DNA of 64,000 bases from Eledone cirrhosa (taxonomy: Eukaryota). Below, piece by piece: positions 14,501 through 29,639 of this stretch. Numbering within the stretch: position 1 is the first letter of the stretch; every line of letters begins with the position of its first letter. Position numbers and translations under genes: made by a program. Under the pieces are notes generated by a model. The model worked only from the letters and a program-made list of their open reading frames with translations. It searched no databases and was not told the origin of the DNA. The stretch covers positions 20,708,001 through 20,772,000 of the forward strand of contig OZ024744.1 in assembly GCA_964016885.1 (NCBI GenBank), read 5' to 3'.

Positions 14501-17500
14501 TTTTAACAACAGTTGAATCTTAAGACAAAACTCGTTTTAACAACAGTTGAATCTTAAGAACTGACTTGTTCTAACAACAGTTCAGCCTTAAGAACTGACT
14601 CGTTTTAAAACAGTTGAATCGTTAGAACTGACTCGTTTTAACAACAGTTGAATCTTAAAATAAAACTCGTTTTAACAATAGTTGAATCTCAAGAACTGAC
14701 TCGTTTTAGCAACAGTTGAATCTTAAGATAACACTCGTTTTCATAACAGTTGAATCTTAAGAACTGTCTCGTTTTAACAACAGTTGAATTTTAAGATAAA
14801 CCTCGTTTTGACAACAGTTGAATCTTAAGAACTGACTCGTTTTAACAACAGTTAAATCTTAATAACTGACTCGTTTTAACAACAGTTGAATGTTAAGATA
14901 AAACTCGTTTTAACAATAGTTGAATCTTAAGAACTGACTCGTTTTAACAACAGTTGAATCTTAAGATAAAACTCGTTTTAACAGTGTTGAATCTTAAGAA
15001 CTGACTCGTTTTAACAACAGCTGAATCTTAAGATAAAACTCGTTTTAACAACAGTTGAATCTTAAGAACTGACTCGTTTTAACAACAGTTGAATCTTAAA
15101 GATAAAACTCGTTTCGACAACAGTTGAATCTTAAGAACTGACTCGTTTTAACAACAGCTGAATCTTAAGATAAAACTCGTTTTAACAACAGTTGAATCTT
15201 AAGATAAAACTCGTTTTAACAACAGTTGAATCTTAAGAACTGACTCGTTTTAACGACAGCTGAATCTTAAGAACTGATTCGTTTTAACAACAGCTGAATC
15301 TTAAGATAAAACTCGTTTTAACAACAGTTGAATCTTAAGAACTGACTCGTTTTAACAACAGCTGAATCTTAAGATAAAACTCGTTTTAACAACAGTTGAA
15401 TCTTAAGATAAAACTCGTTTTAACAACAGTTGAATCTTATGAGCTAACTCATTTTAATAACAGTTGAATCTTAAGTTAAGACTCGTTTTAACAACAGTTG
15501 AATCTTAAGAACTGACTCGTTTTAACAACAGCTGAATCTTAAGATAAAACTCGTTTTAACAACAGTTGAATCTTAAGAACTGACTCGTTTTAACAACAGC
15601 TGAATCTTAAGATAAAACTCGTTTTAACAACAGTTGAATCTTAAGATAAAACTCGTTTTAACAACAGTTGAATCTTAAGTACTGACTCGTTTTAACAACA
15701 GTTGAATCTTAAGATAAAACTCGTTTTAACAACAGTTGAATCTTATGAGCTAACTCATTTTAACAACAGTTGAATCTTAAGTTAAGACTCGTTTTAACAA
15801 CAGTTGAATCTTAAGAACTGACTCGTTTTAACGACAGCTGAATCTTAAGACAAAACCCGTTTTAACAACAGTTGAATCTTAAGAACTGTCTCGATTTAAC
15901 AACAGTTGAATCTTAAGATAAACCTCGTTTTAACAACAGTTTAATCTTAAGAACTGACTCGTTTTAACAACAGTTGAATCTTAAGACAAAACTCGTTTTA
16001 ACAACAGTTGAATCTTAAGAACTGACTTGTTCTAACAACAGTTCAGCCTTAAGAACTGACTCGTTTTAAAACAGTTGAATCTTAAGATAACACTCGCTTT
16101 CATAACAGTTGAATCTTAAGAACTGTCTCGTTTTAACAACAGTTGAATTTCAAGATAAACCTCGTTTTGACAACAGTTGAATCTTAAGAACTGACTCGTT
16201 TTAACAACAGTTAAATCTTAATAACTGACTCGTTTTAACAACAGTTGAATGTTAAGATAAAACTCGTTTTAACAATAGTTGAATCTTAAGAACTAACTCG
16301 TTTTAACAACAGTTGAATCTTAAGATAAAACTCGTTTTAACAACTGTTGAATCTTAAGAACTGACTCGTTTTAACAACAGTTGAATCTTCAAATAAAACT
16401 CGTTTTAACAACAGTTGAATCTTAAGAACTGACTCGTTTTAACAACAGTTGAATGTTAAGATAAAACTCGTTTTAACAATAGTGGAATCTTAAGAACTGA
16501 CTCGTTTTAACAACAGTTGAATCTTAAGATAAAACTCGTTTTAACAACAGTTGAATCTTAAGAACTGACTCGTTTTAACAACAGCTGAATCTTAAGATAA
16601 AACTCGTTTTAACAACAGTTCAAACTTAAGAAATGACTCGTTTTAACAAAAGTTGAATCTTATGAACTCACTCATTTTAACAACAGTTGAATCTTAAGAT
16701 AACATTCGTTTTAACAACAGTTGAATCTTAAGAACTGATTCGTTTTAACAACAGTTGAATCTTAAGATAAAACTCGTTTTAACGACACGTGAATCCTAAG
16801 AACGGACTCGTTTTAACAACACCTGAATCTTAAGATAAAACTCGTTTTAACAACAGTTGAATCTTAAGAACTGATTCGTTTTAACAACAGTTCAAACTTA
16901 AGAACTGACTCGTTTTAACAACAGTTGAATCTTATGAACTGACTCATTTTAACAACAGTTGAATCTTAAGATAACATTCGTTTTAACAACAGTTGAATCT
17001 TAAGAACTGACTCGTTTTAACAACAGTTGAATCTTAAAGATAAAACTCGTTTCGACAACAGTTGAATCTTAAGAACTGACTCGTTTTAACAACAGCTGAA
17101 TCTTAAGATAAAACTCGTTTTAACAACAGTTGAATCTTAAGAACTGACTCGTTTTAACGACAGCTGAATCTTAAGATAAAACTCGTTTTAACAACAGTTC
17201 AAACTTAAGAAATGACTCGTTTTAACAACAGTTGAATCTTATGAACTGACTCATTTTAACAACAGTTGAATCTTAAGAACTGATTCGTTTTAACAACAGC
17301 TGAATCTTAAGATAAAACTTGTTTTAACAACAGTTGAATCTTAAGAACTGACTCATTTTAACAACAGCTGAATCTTAAGATAAAACTCGTTTTAACAACA
17401 GTTGAATCTTAAGAACTGACTCGTTATAACAACAGCTGAATCTTAAGTTAAAACTCGTTTTAACAACAGTTGAATCTTAAGATAAAACTCGTTTTAACAA

Positions 17501-18560
17501 CAGTTGAATCTTAAGAACTGACTCTTTTTAACAACAGTTGAATCTTAAGATAAAACTCGTTTTAACAACAGTTGAATCTTATGAGCTAACTTATTTTAAT
17601 AACAGTTGAATCTTAAGTTAAGACTCGTTTTAACAACAGTTGAATCTTAAGAACTGACTCGTTTTAACAACAGCTGAATCTTAAGATAAAACTCGTTTTA
17701 ACAACAGTTGAATCTTAAGATAAAACTCGTTTTAACAACAGTTGAATCTTATGAGCTAACTCATTTTAACAACAGTTGAATCTTAAGTTAAGACTCGTTT
17801 TAACAACAGTTGAATCTTAAGAACTGACTCGTTTTAACGACAGCTGAATCTTAAGACAAAACCCGTTTTAACAACAGTTTAATCTTAAGAACTGTCTCGT
17901 TTTAACAACAGTTGAATCTTAAGATAAACCTCGTTTTAACAACAGTTTAATCTTAAGAACTGACTCGTTTTAACAACAGTTGAATCTTAAGACAAAACTC
18001 GTTTTAACAACAGTTGAATCTTAAGAACTGACTTGTTCTAACAACAGTTCAGCCTTAAGAACTGACTCGTTTTAAAACAGTTGAATCGTTAGAACTGACT
18101 CGTTTTAACAACAGTTGAATCTTAAAATAAAACTCGTTTTAACAATAGTTGAATCTCAAGAACTGACTCGTTTTAGCAACAGTTGAATCTTAAGATAACA
18201 CTCGTTTTCATAACAGTTGAATCTTAAGAACTGTCTCGTTTTAACAACAGTTGAATTTTAAGATAAACCTCGTTTTGACAACAGTTGAATCTTAAGAACT
18301 GACTCGTTTTAACAACAGTTAAATCTTAATAACTGACTCGTTTTAACAACAGTTGAATGTTAAGATAAAACTCGTTTTAACAATAGTTGAATCTTAAGAA
18401 CTGACTCGTTTTAACAACAGTTGAATCTTAAGATAAAACTCGTTTTAACAGTGTTGAATCTTAAGAACTGACTCGTTTTAACAACAGCTGAATCTTAAGA
18501 TAAAACTCGTTTTAACAACAGTTGAATCTTAAGAACTGACTCGTTTTAACAACAGTTGAA
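11575..18560 (+). repeat. Tandem duplication with 3467-bp period (102 monomers minus 1 bp)
   Basis: cttaagataacactcgctttc 12614/16081, gacacgtgaatcctaag 13317/16784, acagtgttga 14981/18448. Confidence 0.9.
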
Positions 18561-20737
18561 TCTTCAAATAAAACTCGTTTTAACAACAGTTGAATCTTAA
18601 GAACTGACTCGTTTTAACAACAGTTGAATCTTAAGATAAAACTCGTTTTAACAACAGTTGAATCTTAAGAACTGACTCGTTTTAACAACAGCTGAATCTT
18701 AAGATAAAACTCGTTTTAACAACAGTTCAAACTTAAGAAATGACTCGTTTTAACAAAAGTTGAATCTTATGAACTCACTCATTTTAACAACAGTTGAATC
18801 TTAAGATAACATTCGTTTTAACAACAGTTGAATCTTAAGAACTGATTCGTTTTAACAACAGTTGAATCTTAAGATAAAACTCGTTTTAACGACACGTGAA
18901 TCCTAAGAACGGACTCGTTTTAACAACACCTGAATCTTAAGATAAAACTCGTTTTAACAACAGTTGAATCTTAAGAACTGATTCGTTTTAACAACAGTTC
19001 AAACTTAAGAACTGACTCGTTTTAACAACAGTTGAATCTTATGAACTGACTCATTTTAACAACAGTTGAATCTTAAGATAACATTCGTTTTAACAACAGT
19101 TGAATCTTAAGAACTGACTCGTTTTAACAACAGTTGAATCTTAAAGATAAAACTCGTTTCGACAACAGTTGAATCTTAAGAACTGACTCGTTTTAACAAC
19201 AGCTGAATCTTAAGATAAAACTCGTTTTAACAACAGTTGAATCTTAAGAACTGACTCGTTTTAACGACAGCTGAATCTTAAGATAAAACTCGTTTTAACA
19301 ACAGTTCAAACTTAAGAAATGACTCGTTTTAACAACAGTTGAATCTTATGAACTGACTCATTTTAACAACAGTTGAATCTTAAGAACTGATTCGTTTTAA
19401 CAACAGCTGAATCTTAAGATAAAACTTGTTTTAACAACAGTTGAATCTTAAGAACTGACTCATTTTAACAACAGCTGAATCTTAAGATAAAACTCGTTTT
19501 AACAACAGTTGAATCTTAAGAACTGACTCGTTATAACAACAGCTGAATCTTAAGTTAAAACTCGTTTTAACAACAGTTGAATCTTAAGATAAAACTCGTT
19601 TTAACAACAGTTGAATCTTAAGAACTGACTCTTTTTAACAACAGTTGAATCTTAAGATAAAACTCGTTTTAACAACAGTTGAATCTTATGAGCTAACTTA
19701 TTTTAATAACAGTTGAATCTTAAGTTAAGACTCGTTTTAACAACAGTTGAATCTTAAGAACTGACTCGTTTTAACAACAGCTGAATCTTAAGATAAAACT
19801 CGTTTTAACAACAGTTGAATCTTAAGATAAAACTCGTTTTAACAACAGTTGAATCTTATGAGCTAACTCATTTTAACAACAGTTGAATCTTAAGTTAAGA
19901 CTCGTTTTAACAACAGTTGAATCTTAAGAACTGACTCGTTTTAACGACAGCTGAATCTTAAGACAAAACCCGTTTTAACAACAGTTTAATCTTAAGAACT
20001 GTCTCGTTTTAACAACAGTTGAATCTTAAGATAAACCTCGTTTTAACAACAGTTTAATCTTAAGAACTGACTCGTTTTAACAACAGTTGAATCTTAAGAC
20101 AAAACTCGTTTTAACAACAGTTGAATCTTAAGAACTGACTTGTTCTAACAACAGTTCAGCCTTAAGAACTGACTCGTTTTAAAACAGTTGAATCGTTAGA
20201 ACTGACTCGTTTTAACAACAGTTGAATCTTAAAATAAAACTCGTTTTAACAATAGTTGAATCTCAAGAACTGACTCGTTTTAGCAACAGTTGAATCTTAA
20301 GATAACACTCGTTTTCATAACAGTTGAATCTTAAGAACTGTCTCGTTTTAACAACAGTTGAATTTTAAGATAAACCTCGTTTTGACAACAGTTGAATCTT
20401 AAGAACTGACTCGTTTTAACAACAGTTAAATCTTAATAACTGACTCGTTTTAACAACAGTTGAATGTTAAGATAAAACTCGTTTTAACAATAGTTGAATC
20501 TTAAGAACTGACTCGTTTTAACAACAGTTGAATCTTAAGATAAAACTCGTTTTAACAGTGTTGAATCTTAAGAACTGACTCGTTTTAACAACAGCTGAAT
20601 CTTAAGATAAAACTCGTTTTAACAACAGTTGAATCTTAAGAACTGACTCGTTTTAACAACAGTTGAATCTTCAAATAAAACTCGTTTTAACAACAGTTGA
20701 ATCTTAAGAACTGACTCGTTTTAACAACAGTTGAATG
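16485..20737 (+). repeat. Tandem duplication with 2107-bp period, overlapping the 3467-bp duplication (third copy of the shared block)
   Basis: gacacgtgaatcctaag 16784/18891 and acagtgttga 18448/20555. Confidence 0.88.
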
Positions 20738-21849
20738 TTAAGATAAAACTCGTTTTAACAATAGTGGAATCTTAAGAACTGACTCGTTTTAACAACAGTT
20801 GAATCTTAAGATAAAACTCGTTTTAACAACAGTTGAATCTTAAGAACTGACTCGTTTTAACAACAGCTGAATCTTAAGATAACATTCGTTTTAACAACAG
20901 TTGAATCTTAAGAACTGATTCGTTTTAACAACAGTTGAATCTTAAGATAAATCTCGTTTTAACAACACGTGAATCTTAAGAACGGACTCCTTTTAACAAC
21001 ACCTGAATCTTAAGATAAAACTCGTTTTAACAACAGTTGAATCTTAAGAACTGATTCGTTTTAACAACAGTTCAAACTTAAGAACTGACTCATTTTAACA
21101 ACAGTTGAATCTTAAGATAACATTCGTTTTAACAACAGTTGAATCTTAAGAACTGACTCGTTTTAAAAACAGTTGAATCTTAAAGATAAAACTCGTTTCA
21201 ACAACAGTTGAATCTTAAGATAAAACTCGTTTTAACAACAGTTGAATCTTAAGAACTGACTCGTTTTAACGACAGCTGAATCTTAAGATAAAACTCGTTT
21301 TAACAACAGTTGAATCTTAAGATAAAACTCGTTTTAACAACAGTTGAATCTTAAGAACTGACTCGTTTTAACGACAGCTGAATCTTAAGAACTGATTCGT
21401 TTTAACAACAGCTGAATCTTAAGATAAAACTCGTTTTAACAACAGTTGAATCTTAAGAACTGACTCGTTTTAACAACAGCTGAATCTTAAGATAAAACTC
21501 GTTTTAACAACAGTTGAATCTTAAGAACTGACTCGTTTTAACAACAGCTGAATCTTAAGATAAAACTCGTTTTAACAACAGTTGAATCTTAAGATAAAAC
21601 TCGTTTTAACAACAGTTGAATCTTAAGAACTGACTCTTTTTAACAACAGTTGAATCTTAAGATAAAACTCGTTTTAACAACAGTTGAATCTTATGAGCTA
21701 ACTCATTTTAATAACAGTTGAATCTTAAGTTAAGACTCGTTTTAACAACAGTTGAATCTAAAGAACTGACTCGTTTTAACAACAGCTGAATCTTAAGATA
21801 AAACTCGTTTTAACAACAGTTGAATCTTAAGAACTGACTCGTTTTAACA

Positions 21850-24800
21850 ACAGCTGAATCTTAAGATAAAACTCGTTTTAACAACAGTTGAATCTTAAGA
21901 TAAAACTCGTTTTAACAACAGTTGAATCTTAAGTACTGACTCGTTTTAACAACAGTTGAATCTTAAGATAAAACTCGTTTTAACAACAGTTGAATCTTAT
22001 GAGCTAACTCATTTTAACAACAGTTGAATCTTAAGTTAAGACTCGTTTTAACAACAGTTGAATCTTAAGAACTGACTCGTTTTAACGACAGCTGAATCTT
22101 AAGACAAAACCCGTTTTAACAACAGTTGAATCTTAAGAACTGTCTCGATTTAACAACAGTTGAATCTTAAGATAAACCTCGTTTTAACAACAGTTTAACC
22201 TTAAGAACTGACTCGTTTTAACAACAGTTGAATCTTAAGACAAAATTCGTTTTAACAACAGTTGAATCTTAAGAACTGACTTGTTCTAACAACAGTTCAG
22301 CCTTAAGAACTGACTCGTTTTAAAACAGTTGAATCGTTAGAACTGACTCGTTTTAACAACAGTTGAATCTTAAAATAAAACTCGTTTTAACAATAGTTGA
22401 ATCTCAAGAACTGACTCGTTTTAGCAACAGTTGAATCTTAAGAACTGTCTCGTTTTAACAACAGTTGAATTTTAAGATAAACCTCGTTTTGACAACAGTT
22501 GAATCTTAAGAACTGACTCGTTTTAACAATAGTTGAATCTTAAGAACTGACTCGTTTTAACAACAGTTGAATCTTAAGATAAAACTCGTTTTAACAACTG
22601 TTGAATCTTAAGAACTGACTCGTTTTAACAACAGCTGAATCTTAAGATAAAACTCGTTTTAACAACAGTTGAATCTTAAGAACTGACTCGTTTTAACAAC
22701 AGTTGAATCTTCAAATAAAACTCGTTTTAACAACAGTTGAATCTTAAGAACTGACTCGTTTTAACAACAGTTGAATGTTAAGATAAAACTCGTTTTAACA
22801 ATAGTGAAATCTTATGAACTGACTCGTTTTAACAACAGTTGAATCTTAAGATAAAACTCGTTTTAACAACAGTTGAATCTTAAGAACTGACTCGTTTTAA
22901 CAACAGCTGAATCTTAAGATAAAACTCGTTTTAACAACAGTTCAAACTTCAGAAATGACTCGTTTTAACAAAAGTTGAATCTTATGAACTCACTCATTTT
23001 AACAACAGTTGAATCTTAAGATAACATTCGTTTTAACAACAGTTGAATCTTAAGAACTGATTCGTTTTAACAACAGTTGAATCTTAAGATAAAACTCGTT
23101 TTAACAACACGTGAATCTTAAGAACGGACTCGTTTTAACAACTCCTGAATCTTAAGATAAAACTCGTTTTAACAACAGTTGAATCTTAAGAACTGATTCG
23201 TTTTAACAACAGTTCAAACTTAAGAACTGACTCGTTTTAACAACAGTTGAATCTTATGAACTGACTCATTTTAACAACAGTTGAATCTTAAGATAACATT
23301 CGTTTTAACAACAGTTGAATCTTAAGAACTGACTCGTTTTAACAACAGTTGAATCTTAAAGATAAAACTCGTTTCGACAACAGTTGAATCTTAAGAACTG
23401 ACTCGTTTTAACAACAGCTGAATCTTAAGATAAAACTCGTTTTAACAACAGTTGAATCTTAAGATAAAACTCGTTTTAACAACAGTTGAATCTTAAGAAC
23501 TGACTCGTTTTAACGACAGCTGAATCTTAAGATAAAACTCGTTTTAACAACAGTTCAAACTTAACAAATGACTCGTTTTAACAACAGTTGAATCTTATGA
23601 ACTGACTCATTTTAACAACAGTTGAATCTTAAGAACTGATTCGTTTTAACAGCAGCTGAATCTTAAGATAAAACTTGTTTTAACAACAGTTGAATCTTAA
23701 GAACTGACTCGTTTTAACAACAGCTGAATCTTAAGATAAAACTCGTTTTAACAACAGTTGAATCTTAAGAACTGACTCGTTTTAACAACAGCTGAATCTT
23801 AAGAACTGACTCGTTTTAACAACAGCTGAATCTTAAGATAAAACTCGTTTTAACAACAGTTGAATCTTAAGATAAAACTCGTTTTAACAACAGTTGAATC
23901 TTAAGAACTGACTCGTTTTAACGACAGCTGAATCTTAAGATAAAACTCGTTTTAACAACAGTTCAAACTTAAGAAATGACTCGTTTTAACAACAGTTGAA
24001 TCTTATGAACTGACTCATTTTAACAACAGTTGAATCTTAAGAACTGATTCGTTTTAACAGCAGCTGAATCTTAAGATAAAACTTGTTTTAACAACAGTTG
24101 AATCTTAAGAACTGACTCGTTTTAACAACAGCTGAATCTTAAGATAAAACTCGTTTTAACAACAGTTGAATCTTAAGATAAAACTCGTTTTAACAACAGT
24201 TGAATCTTAAGTACTGACTCGTTTTAACAACAGTTGAATCTTAAGATAAAACTCGTTTTAACAACAGTTGAATCTTATGAGCTAACTCATTTTAACAACA
24301 GTTGAATCTTAAGTTAAGACTCGTTTTAACAACAGTTGAATCTTAAGAACTGACTCGTTTTAACGACAGCTGAATCTTAAGACAAAACCCGTTTTAACAA
24401 CAGTTGAATCTTAAGAACTGTCTCGATTTAACAACAGTTGAATCTTAAGATAAACCTCGTTTTAACAACAGTTTAACCTTAAGAACTGACTCGTTTTAAC
24501 AACAGTTGAATCTTAAGACAAAATTCGTTTTAACAACAGTTGAATCTTAAGAACTGACTTGTTCTAACAACAGTTCAGCCTTAAGAACTGACTCGTTTTA
24601 AAACAGTTGAATCGTTAGAACTGACTCGTTTTAACAACAGTTGAATCTTAAAATAAAACTCGTTTTAACAATAGTTGAATCTCAAGAACTGACTCGTTTT
24701 AGCAACAGTTGAATCTTAAGAACTGTCTCGTTTTAACAACAGTTGAATTTTAAGATAAACCTCGTTTTGACAACAGTTGAATCTTAAGAACTGACTCGTT

Positions 24801-27800
24801 TTAACAATAGTTGAATCTTAAGAACTGACTCGTTTTAACAACAGTTGAATCTTAAGATAAAACTCGTTTTAACAACTGTTGAATCTTAAGAACTGACTCG
24901 TTTTAACAACAGCTGAATCTTAAGATAAAACTCGTTTTAACAACAGTTGAATCTTAAGAACTGACTCGTTTTAACAACAGTTGAATCTTCAAATAAAACT
25001 CGTTTTAACAACAGTTGAATCTTAAGAACTGACTCGTTTTAACAACAGTTGAATGTTAAGATAAAACTCGTTTTAACAATAGTGAATCTTATGAACTGAC
25101 TCGTTTTAACAACAGTTGAATCTTAAGATAAAACTCGTTTTAACAACAGTTGAATCTTAAGAACTGACTCGTTTTAACAACAGCTGAATCTTAAGATAAA
25201 ACTCGTTTTAACAACAGTTCAAACTTCAGAAATGACTCGTTTTAACAAAAGTTGAATCTTATGAACTCACTCATTTTAACAACAGTTGAATCTTAAGATA
25301 ACATTCGTTTTAACAACAGTTGAATCTTAAGAACTGATTCGTTTTAACAACAGTTGAATCTTAAGATAAAACTCGTTTTAACAACACGTGAATCTTAAGA
25401 ACGGACTCGTTTTAACAACACCTGAATCTTAAGATAAAACTCGTTTTAACAACAGTTGAATCTTAAGAACTGATTCGTTTTAACAACAGTTCAAACTTAA
25501 GAACTGACTCGTTTTAACAACAGTTGAATCTTATGAACTGACTCATTTTAACAACAGTTGAATCTTAAGATAACATTCGTTTTAACAACAGTTGAATCTT
25601 AAGAACTGACTCGTTTTAACAACAGTTGAATCTTAAAGATAAAACTCGTTTCGACAACAGTTGAATCTTAAGAACTGACTCGTTTTAACAACAGCTGAAT
25701 CTTAAGATAAAACTCGTTTTAACAACAGTTGAATCTTAAGATAAAACTCGTTTTAACAACAGTTGAATCTTAAGAACTGACTCGTTTTAACGACAGCTGA
25801 ATCTTAAGATAAAACTCGTTTTAACAACAGTTCAAACTTAAGAAATGACTCGTTTTAACAACAGTTGAATCTTATGAACTGACTCATTTTAACAACAGTT
25901 GAATCTTAAGAACTGATTCGTTTTAACAGCAGCTGAATCTTAAGATAAAACTTGTTTTAACAACGGTTGAATCTTAAGAACTGACTCGTTTTAACAACAG
26001 CTGAATCTTAAGATAAAACTCGTTTTAACAACAGTTGAATCTTAAGAACTGACTCGTTTTAACAACAGCTGAATCTTAAGATAAAACTCGTTTTAAAACA
26101 GTTGAATCGTTAGAACTGACTCGTTTTAACAACAGTTGAATCTTAAAATAAAACTCGTTTTAACAATAGTTGAATCTCAAGAACTGACTCGTTTTAGCAA
26201 CAGTTGAATCTTAAGATAACACTCGTTTTCATAACAGTTGAATCTTAAGAACTGTCTCGTTTTAACAACAGTTGAATTTTAAGATAAACCTCGTTTTGAC
26301 AACAGTTTAATCTTAAGAACTGACTCGTTTTAACAACAGTTAAATCTTAATAACTGACTCGTTTTAACAACAGTTGAATGTTAAGATAAAACTCGTTTTA
26401 ACAATAGTTGAATCTTAAGAACTGACTCGTTTTAACAACAGTTGAATCTTAAGATAAAACTCGTTTTAACAACTGTTGAATCTTAAGAACTGACTCGTTT
26501 TAACAACAGCTGAATCTTAAGATAAAACTCGTTTTAACAACAGTTGAATCTTAAGAACTGACTCGTTTTAACAACAGTTGAATCTTCAAATAAAACTCGT
26601 TTTAACAACAATTGAATCTTAAGAACTGACTCGTTTAACAACAGTTGAATGTTAAGATAAAACTCGTTTTAACAATAGTGGAATCTTAAGAACTGACTCG
26701 TTTTAACAACAGTTGAATCTTAAGATAAAACTCGTTTTAACAACAGTTGAATCTTAAGAACTGACTCGTTTTAACAACAGCTGAATCTTAAGATAAAACT
26801 CGTTTTAACAACAGTTCAAACTTAAGAAATGACTCGTTTTAACAAAAGTTGAATCTTATGAACTCACTCATTTTAACAACAGTTGAATCTTAAGATAACA
26901 TTCGTTTTAACAACAGTTGAATCTTAAGAACTGATTCGTTTTAACAACAGTTGAATCTTAAGATAAAACTCGTTTTAACAACACGTGAATCTTAAGAACG
27001 GACTCGTTTTAACAACACCTGAATCTTAAGATAAAACTCGTTTTAACAACAGTTGAATCTTAAGAACTGATTCGTTTTAACAACAGTTCAAACTTAAGAA
27101 CTGACTCGTTTTAACAACAGTTGAATCTTATGAACTGACTCATTTTAATAACAGTTGAATCTTAAGATAACATTCGTTTTAACAACAGTTGAATCTTAAG
27201 AACTGACTCGTTTTAACAACAGTTGAATCTTAAAGATAAAACTCGTTTCGACAACAGTTGAATCTTAAGAACTGACTCGTTTTAACAACAGCTGAATCTT
27301 AAGATAAAACTCGTTTTAACAACAGTTGAATCTTAAGATAAAACTCGTTTTAACAACAGTTGAATCTTAAGAACTGACTCGTTTTAACGACAGCTGAATC
27401 TTAAGACAAAACCCGTTTTAACAACAGTTGAATCTTAAGAACTGTCTCGATTTAACAACAGTTGAATCTTAAGATAAACCTCGTTTTAACAACAGTTTAA
27501 CCTTAAGAACTGACTCGTTTTAACAACAGTTGAATCTTAAGACAAAATTCGTTTTAACAACAGTTGAATCTTAAGAACTGACTTGTTCTAACAACAGTTC
27601 AGCCTTAAGAACTGACTCGTTTTAAAACAGTTGAATCGTTAGAACTGACTCGTTTTAACAACAGTTGAATCTTAAAATAAAACTCGTTTTAACAATAGTT
27701 GAATCTCAAGAACTGACTCGTTTTAGCAACAGTTGAATCTTAAGAACTGTCTCGTTTTAACAACAGTTGAATTTTAAGATAAACCTCGTTTTGACAACAG

Positions 27801-29100
27801 TTGAATCTTAAGAACTGACTCGTTTTAACAATAGTTGAATCTTAAGAACTGACTCGTTTTAACAACAGTTGAATCTTAAGATAAAACTCGTTTTAACAAC
27901 TGTTGAATCTTAAGAACTGACTCGTTTTAACAACAGCTGAATCTTAAGATAAAACTCGTTTTAACAACAGTTGAATCTTAAGAACTGACTCGTTTTAACA
28001 ACAGTTGAATCTTCAAATAAAACTCGTTTTAACAACAGTTGAATCTTAAGAACTGACTCGTTTTAACAACAGTTGAATGTTAAGATAAAACTCGTTTTAA
28101 CAATAGTGAAATCTTATGAACTGACTCGTTTTAACAACAGTTGAATCTTAAGATAAAACTCGTTTTAACAACAGTTGAATCTTAAGAACTGACTCGTTTT
28201 AACAACAGCTGAATCTTAAGATAAAACTCGTTTTAACAACAGTTCAAACTTCAGAAATGACTCGTTTTAACAAAAGTTGAATCTTATGAACTCACTCATT
28301 TTAACAACAGTTGAATCTTAAGATAACATTCGTTTTAACAACAGTTGAATCTTAAGAACTGATTCGTTTTAACAACAGTTGAATCTTAAGATAAAACTCG
28401 TTTTAACAACACGTGAATCTTAAGAACGGACTCGTTTTAACAACACCTGAATCTTAAGATAAAACTCGTTTTAACAACAGTTGAATCTTAAGAACTGATT
28501 CGTTTTAACAACAGTTCAAACTTAAGAACTGACTCGTTTTAACAACAGTTGAATCTTATGAACTGACTCATTTTAACAACAGTTGAATCTTAAGATAACA
28601 TTCGTTTTAACAACAGTTGAATCTTAAGAACTGACTCGTTTTAACAACAGTTGAATCTTAAAGATAAAACTCGTTTCGACAACAGTTGAATCTTAAGAAC
28701 TGACTCGTTTTAACAACAGCTGAATCTTAAGATAAAACTCGTTTTAACAACAGTTGAATCTTAAGATAAAACTCGTTTTAACAACAGTTGAATCTTAAGA
28801 ACTGACTCGTTTTAACGACAGCTGAATCTTAAGATAAAACTCGTTTTAACAACAGTTCAAACTTAAGAAATGACTCGTTTTAACAACAGTTGAATCTTAT
28901 GAACTGACTCATTTTAACAACAGTTGAATCTTAAGAACTGATTCGTTTTAACAGCAGCTGAATCTTAAGATAAAACTTGTTTTAACAACAGTTGAATCTT
29001 AAGAACTGACTCGTTTTAACAACAGCTGAATCTTAAGATAAAACTCGTTTTAACAACAGTTGAATCTTAAGAACTGACTCGTTTTAACAACAGCTGAATC
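21850..29100 (+). repeat. Three related HOR copies (offsets about 2278 and about 3025 bp)
   Basis: gtttaaccttaag...caaaattcg at 22193/24471/27495 and ttcaaacttcagaaat at 22941/25218/28243. Confidence 0.82.
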
Positions 29101-29639
29101 TTAAGATAAAACTCGTTTTAACAACAGTTGAATCTTAAGATAAAACTCGTTTTAACAACAGTTGAATCTTAAGAACTGACTCTTTTTAACAACAGTTGAA
29201 TCTCAAGATAAAACTCGTTTTAACAACAGTTGAATCTTATGAGCTAACTCATTTTAATAACAGTTGAATCTTAAGTTAAGACTCGTTTTAACAACAGTTG
29301 AATCTTAAGAACTGACTCGTTTTAACAACAGCTGAATCTTAAGATAAAACTCGTTTTAACAACAGTTGAATCTTAAGATAAAACTCGTTTTAACAACAGT
29401 TGAATCTTAAGTACTGACTCGTTTTAACAACAGTTGAATCTTAAGATAAAACTCGTTTTAACAACAGTTGAATCTTATGAGCTAACTCATTTTAACAACA
29501 GTTGAATCTTAAGATAAACCTCGTTTTAACAACAGTTTAATCTTAAGAACTGACTCGTTTTAACAACAGTTGAATCTTAAGACAAAACTCGTTTTAACAA
29601 CAGTTGAATCTTAAGAACTGACTTGTTCTAACAACAGTT